A program made the position numbers and the translations under genes. Of a DNA stretch of 64,000 nt, positions 29,211-40,660 are shown one piece after another (within the stretch, counting starts at the first letter, position 1; each line of letters begins with the position of its first letter). This stretch comes from Octopus vulgaris. Lineage: Eukaryota. Below the pieces are notes generated by a model that worked only from the letters and a program-made list of their open reading frames with translations, had not been told where the DNA came from and made no database searches. The stretch is taken from assembly GCA_951406725.2 (NCBI GenBank), contig OX597832.1, positions 7,378,001-7,442,000 on the forward strand, given 5' to 3'.

Positions 29211-30946
29211 TCATAGACATACATGCATAATAGTAAAATAAATGTCCCTCTATCGATTTCTGTGATGAGTTTCCATTTGTACGTTCAGGCGAACCACTTC
29301 CTCAGTAAATTAGCACAAGAGTGGATGAGTATTCCGCAGACACGTGTATCCTTAACGTAATTCTCGGGTAGAATCTATGTAACAAAATGTGTTGCAATGC
29401 TGCTCGATCTTTGAATCTCTAGTTTGATCCATCTGGTGAGCTTCGAAACAATTTCTGATAATCCAATTTCACTTACAAGTCGTTGATCAATCGGAGTCAA
29501 TGGTAAAAAAATACTTGCCTAAGAGAAAATGCCATACGGTGAGATTGAACCCGGGACCTCGTGATTGCCAAGCAAATTTCTTAACCATTGCGCCTTGCTG
29601 AGTCCATATTTGCAAACATCCATGCATACATATGTTTGCTCTTGCCGCATATACTTCAGTGTTGCATACGAGAAATCTTTCACTCTCTCTGTTTTCTCTC
29701 CTGCCTTCCATCTGTTTATTTCTAATCTACTATTGTTGTTGTTTTGTTTTTTTTTTTATTTGAAACAGGTTTGTAAAAAATAAATAGATAAATAAATTCG
29801 TAAAAAATAAATACAAAACTTAAACTACAACAGCAAAAAACAAAAACAAAAGAAAATTTCTAAAATCTTAAATTGGAAATAGCTCTACTTAATCAACATC
29901 AACGATGTGTAAGCGAGGTGATGAACCAAATATATGCTTAAACGTTGCTGTTATTGTATTCTTTCTCTCTCTCTCTCTGAGCACATTTATATGTATGTAT
30001 GTGTGTGCATATGCGTGTATGTGTGTGTGTATGTATGTGTGTGTGTGTGTGTGTGTGTGTCTGTGTGCGTGTGTGTTGGTATATTTGTATATATTTGATA
30101 CATTGTGCCGTTCATTGTTTTATTTAATCTCCCCACCACAGACGAAAACAAAATTAAAATTTGTGAGTTAAAATATCAAATCAATGAAAGACAACTTAAC
30201 TGGGGATGAAGACAATGAGTGTGTGTGTGTGTGTATGTGTGTATGTGTGTATGTGTGTGTGTGTGTGTCTGTGTGTATGAGAGCGTGTTCGTGTTTGTGA
30301 ATTATGTAAGATGATTGAGGAGCTGTTGAAATGTTATTGAAATTTCTAAATGAATTGTTTACAAGGGGAATTGATGCTAAAGGCGGCCGAGAGTTTGATA
30401 GAGCAAACGACAGACACGCACACATACACAGACAAACACACACAAACACAGAGAGAGAAAAGAACTAGAGAGGGGAGAGAGAGAGAAAGAGAGCGGAGAG
30501 AAAGGGGAGAAAGGGGAGAGAAAGATGGAGAGATACTTTTGATAGTCGTTCCACGGAATTACAAAAATGCTCCGCAATGTCATAAACACATGGCCAAACG
30601 ACAATTGATTTTGCATTCCTCTCAGCTCCACTTCCTTGACTTCTCCCTCCTAAGGCCCTTTCTTCCAATTTTCTCCGTCTTCTCAATCATTTCTCTCCCT
30701 TTCTTTCTCTCTCACACACACAAAACAAAACAAAAAAAAAACCACAGCAAAATCCCAATTGCACCGCCAACGATTAAACAAAGAAAACGTCCATTATTAT
30801 GACGATCTATAATACGCAATTTTTACAGCACCAAAAGTGTCATTAAAAGAGTATGTTTAACAAAACCAGCGTTTGTAATGGATAGCAACGAGTTTGATAT
30901 GCGTGTATGTGTGTATGTGTGTATATGTGTCTGCATGCGTTTGTGG

Positions 30947-30971
30947 TATCTATCTATCTATCTGTTTGTGG

Positions 30972-31037
<66 letters not shown>

Positions 31038-31070
31038 CCTACCTACCTACCTACCTACCTACCTACCTAC

Positions 31071-31145
<75 letters not shown>

Positions 31146-31185
31146 CCTACCTACCTACCTACCTATCTATCTATCTATCTATCTA

Positions 31186-31244
<59 letters not shown>

Positions 31245-31269
31245 CCTACCTACCTACCTACCTACCTAC

Positions 31270-31323
<54 letters not shown>

Positions 31324-31387
31324 ATCTATCTACCTACCTACCTACCTACCTACCTACCTACCTACCTACCTATCTATTTATCTATCT
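30947..31387. repeat. (TCTA)n/(CCTA)n array, 5' flank of the Tx1 insertion
   Basis: Directly visible; continues as (TCTA)n at 33489-33576. Confidence 0.97.
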
Positions 31388-33103
31388 AACGAACCTGGCA
31401 TGGGTGGGGCGCTGATCAATTTGGATCAATCGAAAGCTTTCGATAGGGTGGACCATCGATACTTGGAGGCGGTCCTCGGAGCGGCTGGCTTCGGTCCCGT
31501 CTTCCGCGGCTGGATAGCCGCTTTGTACAGAGGCATCCGTTCGGTAATTCGCGTGAATGGACATCTATCGAGACCCTTCGACATCGCACGTTCGGTCCGT
31601 CAGGGATGCCCCCTCTCGTCGCTTCTATACGTATTGACTCTCGAGCCATTATTGCGGAAGCTGGCAACCTTGAGAGGTCTCCCGCGAGAATTGGGATGCG
31701 GGACGAGCGTGTCTGCATACGCGGACGACGTCACCGTCATAGTGTCTAGCCACGAGCACATCGAGCAGGTCGGCGAGACACTGAAAAACTACGAAGCGGT
31801 GACAGGAGCGAAAATCAACCGGGAAAAGTCAGTGGGCTTGCGACTAGGCACCTGGAGAAGCAAGCCCATGTCGTCCACCAGCGCCTCCGTCGTGGGACGC
31901 TGGACCGACGGCCCGGTTGAGTTGCTCGGGGTCTGGTTTGGTCCGGACCTCCAAGTGGAGAAGAACTGGAACGAGATAACGAGTAGGGTGGTCACTCTCG
32001 CCCGGCAATGGGCCGAGAGGAAACTGTCCCTAAAAGGTCGGGCGGAGGTGGCGAACACGTACATCGCGTCCGTCATCTATTACCGCCTGACCGTCGTACC
32101 TTGTCCCGACCCTACCATCACCAAACTACAACGCATTCTCTTTCGCTTCTTGTGGAAAGGATGCGTCCCGATGGTCAGGCGATCCATTTGCTGTCAACAC
32201 CCGTTAAAAGGAGGGCTGGGCATGCCGTGGTTGATGATGCGCAGACACGCGCTGAGACTGCGACATCTCTGGCTCTATGTAGACGACGGTGAACAGGTGT
32301 GGTCGCCGTTTGTGAGGCACGCTTTCCCGCAGCTCGTCTCCATGACCGAACTGCAGTCGTGGATCAAAAAGAGGCCGAGGAAGGGCGAATGGCACCGCGA
32401 GTGTCGCGTTGCTCTCAAGCAACTCTGCCGTCCTGGGTCGACCTTTAGTGACTTCAACACAACCAAAGCATTCTATAGGGGTTTAGTGGAGGGGAGGTAC
32501 GACGACGAGCTCGGGGCGAACCTGGACGTCGACGAGGAGTACCTGACCCGCCTGTTCAGGACGACTTTCGGGCCAGGGCCCATGTACAACTTCCAGAGAT
32601 CCCTGGCCTGGCAGTGCTACCGAGAAGCGCTACCCGTTCGGGATAAGCTCTACAGACACGGCTCGAGAAACACGGGGCCGACCTGCCCGAGATGCGGTCA
32701 GAGCGACGAAACCGTTCTGCATGCACTCGTGCAGTGTCCAACAATTTCCGACCTGTGGGCTTATGTCGAACAACTGCTGCCACGTGTGGGACGAGTCGGT
32801 TTATCAGCTGAGTCTATCGTCAATATTGTCACGCCTCCTTCCTTCAAACGGGAAGGAAGAGCTATTTTCATCATCCTTGTGGCTATGGCGAAAGAATGTA
32901 TCTGGTGGACGCGTCTGAAAGGATTGGAGACAAACACTTTCCTCTCTGGTCAATCTCTCATCAACTTCTTCAAGTACCACTTGAAAAGGAAAGTGAGAGT
33001 AGAGAGGCAAGTTTTGTCTAGCGAATGTTTTAAAAAAAGATGGGTGAATGTAGCAAGAATGGCACGTATGAATGACGAAGCCACCTTGAGCATGGTCCTA
33101 TGA
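31388..33103 (+). CDS. Partial ORF2 (reverse transcriptase plus C-terminal zinc-binding domain) of a Tx1-like element; lacks the endonuclease and a native start
   Basis: [58 protein letters not shown]; no stops or frameshifts. Confidence 0.9.
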   Translation, partial: NEPGMGGALINLDQSKAFDRVDHRYLEAVLGAAGFGPVFRGWIAALYRGIRSVIRVNGHLSRPFDIARSVRQGCPLSSLLYVLTLEPLLRKLATLRGLPRELGCGTSVSAYADDVTVIVSSHEHIEQVGETLKNYEAVTGAKINREKSVGLRLGTWRSKPMSSTSASVVGRWTDGPVELLGVWFGPDLQVEKNWNEITSRVVTLARQWAERKLSLKGRAEVANTYIASVIYYRLTVVPCPDPTITKLQRILFRFLWKGCVPMVRRSICCQHPLKGGLGMPWLMMRRHALRLRHLWLYVDDGEQVWSPFVRHAFPQLVSMTELQSWIKKRPRKGEWHRECRVALKQLCRPGSTFSDFNTTKAFYRGLVEGRYDDELGANLDVDEEYLTRLFRTTFGPGPMYNFQRSLAWQCYREALPVRDKLYRHGSRNTGPTCPRCGQSDETVLHALVQCPTISDLWAYVEQLLPRVGRVGLSAESIVNIVTPPSFKREGRAIFIILVAMAKECIWWTRLKGLETNTFLSGQSLINFFKYHLKRKVRVERQVLSSECFKKRWVNVARMARMNDEATLSMVL

Positions 33104-33488
33104 ACCCAGAAATTGAAATCAGAGAGTTGTTTATTCGCAAAAAAAAAAAAAAAAAAAAAAAGAAATATAACATGTGATTTCATTGACCGAGGTTACCGTG
33201 GTCTTTTCCGTAGGCTTTTCTTTGCACGGGTAAACCTCACCTGTCCTCCCCTTTACACTTCATATTGACATTTCTGTGATAACGATCCCTATTGATCAAT
33301 TTTTTTTTCCTCTCCCCTTTTTTTTAACCCCCCATTTTTTTGTCCTCTTTCTCTCCTTTTACGATCCCTTTTGATCGAAGCTCCCCCTTCCTTTTTTTTT
33401 TTTTTTTTTTTTTAAACCTTCAAAAGAAAAGCTCTACCTTGTAATTTGTTCTATCTGTGTGCAGCCCTGTGTGGCTAATAAAGAAACA
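31388..33488 (+). mobile_element. 5'-truncated Tx1-clade (L1 group) non-LTR retrotransposon
   Basis: RT and zf-RVT ORF, about 385 bp 3' UTR with A/T tracts ending gctaataaagaaa, flanked on both sides by (TCTA)n. Confidence 0.92.
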
Positions 33489-33576
<88 letters not shown>

Positions 33577-33682
33577 CCTCTCTCTGTACCCCGCTCGCTC
33601 TATCAATAAATAGTTTAAAGAACACGAAAAAGCAATACTCAGTGGCGTGGTAGAACATCGTAATTTATTTAGACTGATTCAG

Positions 33683-33805
33683 TAGCCTGTTATCCTGGAG
33701 ATTTCCCGAATGTCCGGCCGGTTCCTCAAACCGGAAGAAACTGGACCAGTTTTTCCTGTCTTAGGACTCGATATGATGTCAGGAAATCTAGCCTAACAGG
33801 CTACA
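33683..33805. mobile_element. Small putative MITE
   Basis: Inverted ends gtagcctgtta..agatttcc / ggaaatct..taacaggctac. Confidence 0.4.
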
Positions 33806-33839
33806 ACTCCATTAGCTTAAATACACACACACACATACG

Positions 33840-33962
<123 letters not shown>

Positions 33963-33963
33963 G

Positions 33964-34157
33964 ATAGATCGTTAGCCACTATACACATTTTTCTCTCTCC
34001 TTTTTTCTCTCCTTGTTTTCTCTGTGTCCCTTTCTGTAGAAGAGCGTAGGCTCGAAACGTAAAAGACATTTTCTATTCCTGAGCGTTATACTAATACATC
34101 TGTTTGTTTTGTACACCACCTGTCTTCGTCTTTTGTTTTTTTCTGTAAACACTCCCT
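33964..34157 (+). mobile_element. Hammerhead-bearing short element, copy 2
   Basis: cttt CTGTAGA agagc-gtag-gctc GAAAC GTA aaag at 34029-34066; homologous to 866-1075. Confidence 0.65.
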
Positions 34158-34169
34158 ATACACACACAT

Positions 34170-34202
<33 letters not shown>

Positions 34203-34239
34203 CATATATATACATTTATACATATACATATATACATAT

Positions 34240-34280
<41 letters not shown>

Positions 34281-34317
34281 ATAAAATACAAAATGGGACA
34301 AGAAAGCAAAACGTCCA

Positions 34318-34592
34318 GACTGGGGACGAATTAATTTCAGCTGGCGTGTTGGGAATTAAGCCAAACGGCAGAGGGAAGAATATCGATGTGGCAGTGACCG
34401 TGGTCAAATGCAAAAAGGGCTAGCAGTCGGCCAACGGTCACGTGAGAAGAGAAGTACACATTTCACTAAATTTTGTACGACTTCTTCAACACTCTCTCTC
34501 ACAATTCTTTGCTTTTCTTACTTTGCACTTCACTATGTCCCTGTCTCTCATTTTTTTTCGCCACTCCTTGATTCTTCCGTCTATCTACTGCT

Positions 34593-34633
<41 letters not shown>

Positions 34634-34804
34634 TCCCACTCCTTTATTCCTTCTTCTTTTTCTCTCTCTTCTCTTCTCACGTGACCGTTGGCCGACTGCT
34701 AGCCCTTTTTGCGTTTGACCACAGTCACTGCCACATCGATATTCTTCCCTCTGCCGTAAAGCTTAATTCCCAATAAGCCAGCTATATTAAATTCGTCCCC
34801 AGTC
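34318..34804. repeat. Inverted repeat pair of about 137 bp (34318-34454 / 34668-34804), probably from a Penelope-like element
   Basis: Arms are reverse complements with scattered mismatches. Confidence 0.85.
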
Positions 34805-35051
34805 GAAAGACGCCTGTTGTTATGTCCTCTTATTATTATTATTATAATTGTTTTTTTTATTATATTTGTATTTATATTTGTGTAACATCGTCCGTTTTTT
34901 CGTCCTTGTTTTGTATACATTCGATGCTTTTTTCCAAGGAATCTAATGCTCTTAGCTTATGTTTTCCTTGGGGCTGGCCAGATTGGAGCAATCTCAAGGT
35001 TAATCATCCGAAATTGCGAGGACGACCGGTTTTTGACTGAAGATAAAAGAT

Positions 35052-35138
35052 CTTGCAAACATATATAATTTCAGTGAAATATAATAATTTCACTGAAATA
35101 TAATATATAATTTCACTGAAATTATATATGTTTGCAAG
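35052..35138. repeat. Perfect 29-bp-arm palindrome
   Basis: cttgcaaacatatataatttcagtgaaat ... atttcactgaaattatatatgtttgcaag. Confidence 0.9.
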
Positions 35139-35180
35139 GTCTAGACAGGTATCTTCAACCAGCTAGCAAGCAATGCTACT

Positions 35181-35220
35181 CCAGACTGATGACGAGCAAG
35201 ACCCAGAAACATGACTCTGG
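35181..35220 (+). ncRNA. Degenerate minimal type I hammerhead motif
   Basis: ccaga CTGATGA N13 GAAAC atgac tctgg; stem I perfect, stem II weak, GUC site mutated to GAC. Confidence 0.45.
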
Positions 35221-35412
35221 GTGCAGGCTTAGCTGGATGGGGGTACTTGTCTCCCCCTTGTAAACATAAGGACACAGGAAATGTATCAAGCCGACAGAAA
35301 GCGTTGATGCTTCTTAGGGCTAAATAGCCTTTATGGGACTGTCACGTTAATTTGACAGTATACAACTGCTCTATGTATATATATTTGTATTTATATACAT
35401 ATTTATGTATAC

Positions 35413-35472
<60 letters not shown>

Positions 35473-35541
35473 ATATATATATACATGTATGTATATATAT
35501 GTGTATTTATATATGTATATATATTATATAAACACATATAA

Positions 35542-35585
<44 letters not shown>

Positions 35586-35753
35586 TATATATATAATTAA
35601 TGGTTGGGAATATAAAATTCCAAACTTACAAGGAAAAATTCAATTTGGCAATACTAAATTAAATTTCACGATATATAATATATGTAAATATTTAAGAGAC
35701 AAAACATCTATTTAGTTATTCAAATAATAGTGAACGATATTATCTATAATACA

Positions 35754-36012
35754 GCAATTGCAGCGTAGAAGGTGTTTATAAACCATTTAAGAAACACACA
35801 AAATCCGTTAGATTCACTTCAACATTTATATTTAATTTGCCAAAATATTTTCGTCGCTTTGAGACTGCGACCTGTTCACTGACAAAATTCCGTGCTGCAC
35901 GGAATTTTGTGTGTTTCTTAAATGGCTTGTAAACACCTTCCACGCTGCAATTGTTTTCGTTCCAGCACACGATCTCAGATCAGGTCACTTGCTATGCAAG
36001 TACATCTCCGTA
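35754..36012. mobile_element. Fold-back short element (homologous to 43165-43385)
   Basis: Inverted arms 35754-35808 / 35899-35953; both internal and right segments recur at 43175-43382. Confidence 0.7.
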
Positions 36013-36013
36013 G

Positions 36014-36185
36014 TTATCTATAACAAATGATATAGAAAGATTTTAGATATATTTTAATAAATATTATTCTAAAAATCACTAAATTAAATAAACATAGTCA
36101 ATTAATGTTTATTTAATTTAGCTATTTTTAGAATAATATTTATTAAAATATATTTAAATCTTTCTATATGATTTATTATAGATAA
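36014..36185. repeat. AT-rich imperfect hairpin, arms about 80 bp
   Basis: Left and right halves are reverse complements; 36176-36245 is also the inverse of 35680-35750. Confidence 0.8.
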
Positions 36186-36239
36186 TGTCTTTCACTATTA
36201 TTTGAATTACTTAATAGAGGTTCTGTTTCTTAATTATTT

Positions 36240-36312
36240 ACATATATACGTATATATATATGCATATATATATTTATGTATACGTATATATATATTCATA
36301 TATGTATATATG

Positions 36313-36357
<45 letters not shown>

Positions 36358-36385
36358 TATATACACATATATATTTATGCATACG

Positions 36386-36421
<36 letters not shown>

Positions 36422-36429
36422 TATATATT

Positions 36430-36470
<41 letters not shown>

Positions 36471-36888
36471 CACATATATATTTATGTATACCTATATATA
36501 TATATACATATATGTATATATGTGTGGATATATATAGTATATATATTATATACACATATAATATATATATATACATATATATATATGTATATATATTATA
36601 TTTATATATATATATATTATATATATATATATTTATATATATGTATATATATAGTATATATATATTTATATTTATATATATATGTATATTTATGTGTATA
36701 TATTTTATACACACACACATATATATATACATATATGTATATATATGTGTGTATATATATGTATATATATTATATACACATATATATAATATATAGATAT
36801 ATGCATATATATATGTACACATATATGTATATATATTATATACACACATATATATAATATATATATATATATAAATATATATATATGC

Positions 36889-36932
<44 letters not shown>
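36240..36932. repeat. Degenerate (TA)n-rich array
   Basis: Directly visible. Confidence 0.95.
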
Positions 36933-36938
<6 letters not shown>

Positions 36939-37867
36939 AACTCCGCAATGTAATGAAAATAGATTTTTACTTACCAGCATTTTAATTAGCAAAGATCCTA
37001 ATTAGCAAAGCTATTAGTCAACTCAATAAGGAGCTATCAGAGTGTTTTCCGGACCAATATGACTTAATATATATTCGTTGTTTACTTTCGCCTTATAAAA
37101 TGATGAGACTGGTCAACACTATTTTCTTTACCAAAGTAACTGGAATGATTTAAGGCAGAGTTTTTGTCTGCTGAATCTGCCTACAGCATTTGTGTTTCTA
37201 CTGTGCCTTTAGGTTTTGACGTATGTGAGAAATCACTACGTTCAGTCTTCTTTGCTTCTATCATTTTCATGACAAACTGTAGTTGGTGAATTGGTTTTTA
37301 GGCATTACAGTCATCTTATACATTTCATATTAAATGTCGAAATTAGAAATACTTTTAGTTTTATTATAAAGCATCAGAACTCTAATAAAAAATGTACACC
37401 ACCACCAAATATTATCACACTGTAATTATAATAACCATGAAAAAAGAGGCACAAAATAGTGTGAAAGACAACGCTGTAGTATTGGTTAATTATGTGTATT
37501 AAAATATACCAACCAATCCTTCAAAAAATACTGTTTGTACGATTTTCTTTCCTGTTGTTTAGCAGGGCATTCACGCTGACGTTTCCGTCAGTAGTCTACC
37601 ATCATGTGTCTGTCCTATGTGTCTTGATATCTTTCCTCCGTTACTCTCTCCTCGTTCCCCACTAAAATTTCCAAAATTCTCCGGCAGTATGTGGAAGTGG
37701 TTATGGAGAAAGTGTACTTTTATGCTCATATTTGCACCTATATTTTTAAAGTCTTTCCATCAGTTCGTCATAAGAGTTTGCTTTCTGACGACCCAAAAAG
37801 TTTTCAATAACTGAGATATAAATATACCAAGCAAAAGCTTCAACATCTTTTTTTCTTTTTTTTTCTT

Positions 37868-38051
37868 TTATTTCTTTTACTTGTTCCAGTCATTTGACTA
37901 CGGCCATGCAAATCGACCCCGGGACTTATTCTTTTGTAAGCCCAGTACTTATTCTATCGGTTTCTTTTTGCCGAACCGCTAAGTGACAGGGACGTAAACA
38001 CATCAGCATCGGTTGTCAAGCAATGATAGGGGGACAAACACAGACACACAA

Positions 38052-38128
<77 letters not shown>

Positions 38129-38293
38129 CATATATACGACAGGCTTCTTTCAGTTTCCGTCTACCAAATCCACTCACAAGGCATTGGTCGGCCCGGGGCT
38201 ATAGCAGAAGACACTTACCCAAGATGCCACGCAGTGGGACTGAACCCGGAACCATGTGGTTGGTTAGCAAGCTACTTACCACACAGCCACTCC
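37868..38293 (-). mobile_element. SINE family B
   Basis: tRNA-like head gagtggctgtgtggtaagtagcttgc, internal (TA)/(CA) repeat, conserved tail. Confidence 0.9.
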
Positions 38294-38704
38294 ATATATT
38301 TAAAGAAACTTCTAGAATCTTTGGTGAATTTACGAATATGAGGACCAGTAAATATTCTTCTTTTTTAGCTTTTCACTACTCAAGTCCAGGAAGAATCTGC
38401 AAATGTACGTGACGCAATTACCATCATTTTTATGTGAAGCGTTAACAAATTGATTCATCAGTACAAGTTTGAAATGGAAGTGAGCAGAGAATGTTGTTGA
38501 ATCTCTTTGAACTAATGGTTCATTAATGATGTTGGCTGTTCCTGTGGACATTATGTTCCTTGCAGACCGTGTAACTTTCTTCCAATGATGTTGCTTTACT
38601 CTACTGTCCCATAAGCTCATGAAACAAAGGTATTTTGGATGCCTTTTACTGCTGAAGCAAAAAATTCATCTTTGGGTAAACGCAAATATACCACTAATGC
38701 TCAT

Positions 38705-39123
38705 ACTCTTTACTCTTTACTCTTTACTCTTTTACTTGCTTCAGTCATTTGACTGCGGCCATGCTGGAGCACCGCCTTTAGTCAAGCAAATCGACCCCGC
38801 GACTTATTCTTTGTAAGCCCAGTACTTATTCTATCGGTCTCTTTTGCCGAACCGCTAAGTAACGGCGACGTAAACACACCAGCATCGGTTGTCAAGCAAT
38901 GCTAAGGGGACAAACACAGACACACAAACACACACACACATATATACATATACATATATACGATGGGCTTCTTTCAGTTTCCGTCTGCCAAATCCATTCA
39001 CAAGGCTTTGGTCGGCCCGAGGCTATAGTAGAAGACACTTGCCCAAGATGCCACGCAGTGGGACTGAACCCGGAACCATGTGGTTGGTAAGCAAGCTACT
39101 TACCGCACAGCCACTCCTGCGCC
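38705..39123 (-). mobile_element. SINE family B, full length
   Basis: Head aggcgcaggagtggctgtg, tail (gagtaaaa)n; ctcat duplicated at the flanks. Confidence 0.92.
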
Positions 39124-39325
39124 TCATGATAGCAAAGTTACTGCAAGACAATTTAGACATTTTCATATATAAACCAGTTTCCATTATGTAATAATGCTGG
39201 GTGTGTTTATAAAAGCCTCCATATTCGTGGTCGGATTTGGAGAAAAGTCCAGGAATGTTATTGCAGCAGATAAATTCATCATGGTTGTAACAACATTTGA
39301 AATCAATACTATCATTAGTAGTAAA

Positions 39326-39520
39326 GCGGTGAGCTGGTTGAATCGTTAGCACAGTAGGTCCTTACGTTCTTAGTTCAAATTCCGCCGAGGTCGACTTTGC
39401 TTTTCATTCTTTCGGTATTGATAAAAGAAGTACCAGTTGATCACTAGGGTCGTTGTAATCGAATTATTTCCTCTCCTGAAGTTACTGCTTGTGTGCCAAA
39501 ATTTGGAAACCATTATTATC
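39326..39520 (+). mobile_element. SINE family A (internally deleted), tail 2, followed by (TAC)n
   Basis: Head, B box, central domain, tail 2; (TAC)n at 39522-39593. Confidence 0.75.
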
Positions 39521-39522
39521 GT

Positions 39523-39594
<72 letters not shown>

Positions 39595-39679
39595 CAGTAG
39601 TATAACCTTATGAATGATAGCTCAGATGATCTTGTTAGTAATGATGCTAGTATTACTGTTAAGTAATAGTTGTTATCAT

Positions 39680-40090
39680 ATCTCTTTTACTCTTTTACTT
39701 GTTTCAGCTATTTGACTGCGGCCAAGCTGGAGCACCGCCTTTAGTTGAGCAAATCGACCCCATGACTTATTCTTTGGAAGCCTAGTATTTATTCTATCGG
39801 TCTCTTTGCCGAACAACTAAGTTACGGGGACGTAAACACACCACCATCGGTTGCCAAGCGATGTTGGGGGGACAAATACAGACACACAAACATATACACA
39901 CACATACATATATATATATTCATATACGACGGGCTTCTTTCAGTTTCCGTCTACCAAATCCACTCACAAGGCTTTGGTCGGCCCAAGGCTATAGTAGAAG
40001 ACACTTACCCAAGGTACCACGCAGTGGGAATGAACCCGGAACCATGTGGTTGGTAAGCAAGCTACTTACCACACAGCCACTCCTGCACCT
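39680..40090 (-). mobile_element. SINE family B, full length
   Basis: High similarity to 38705-39123. Confidence 0.92.
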
Positions 40091-40324
40091 GCAAGTAGTA
40101 TGCATTGTGGTTGTGGGTATAGTATATAGACTAGAGTAGTAGATATCCTTAATGCTGGTTGTAATAACGATGCTTGAATACTTATATAACCGCGATGTGG
40201 GTGCTGGTGTACATGTTGGTATTATATATATATATATATATATACTATGAAACAAATTTCGGCAGTATTCATATTCTCAATGTGGGTAAGTATATGTACT
40301 ACAGACCAGATAACCTTTCTATTT

Positions 40325-40660
40325 GGTACTCCGTCTGTTACGACGACGAGGGTTCCAGTTTATCCGATCAACAGAAAAGCCTGCTTATGAAATTTGCGTG
40401 CAAGTGGCTGAGCACTCCACAGGCACGTGTACTCTTGACACAGTTCTCAGGGAGATTCAGCGTGACACAGAGTGTGACAAGGCTGGGCCTTTGAAATACA
40501 GATACTACTCATTTTTGCCCGTTGAGTGGACTGGAGCCACGCGAAATAAAATGTTTTGTGAGTGGAGCAATGGGAAATAAAAGGTTTTGTGTCACCGGGA
40601 ATTGAACTTACGTCCTTACGATTGTGAGTCGAATACTCTAACCACTAAGCCACGTGCCTT
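40325..40660 (-). mobile_element. SINE family C (head C2, RTE-type tail)
   Basis: Matches 13452-13751 and 63146-63441. Confidence 0.85.

Larger units (their letters stand above)
37520..39320 (-). pseudogene. Chapaev3-like (CMC) DNA transposase relic split by two SINE B insertions
   Basis: Collinear motifs LLHNGN, CFMSLWDSR, NIINEPLV, HFKLVLMNQFV, IFTGPHIRK, ENFLGRQKA, GANMSIKVHFLHNH..PEN.G, EERYQ..DRHMMVDY; superfamily assignment from recalled motifs. Confidence 0.75.

Noticed and set aside
30878-31387. N-terminal 170 aa of the 741-aa ORF as a novel microsatellite-RT fusion protein
   Set aside because: It is the (TCTA)n flank read in frame by chance; real homology begins at about 31388.
36202-36992. 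Many Tyr/Ile-rich ORFs here and throughout the window
   Set aside because: Translations of (TA)n and (CA)n tracts.
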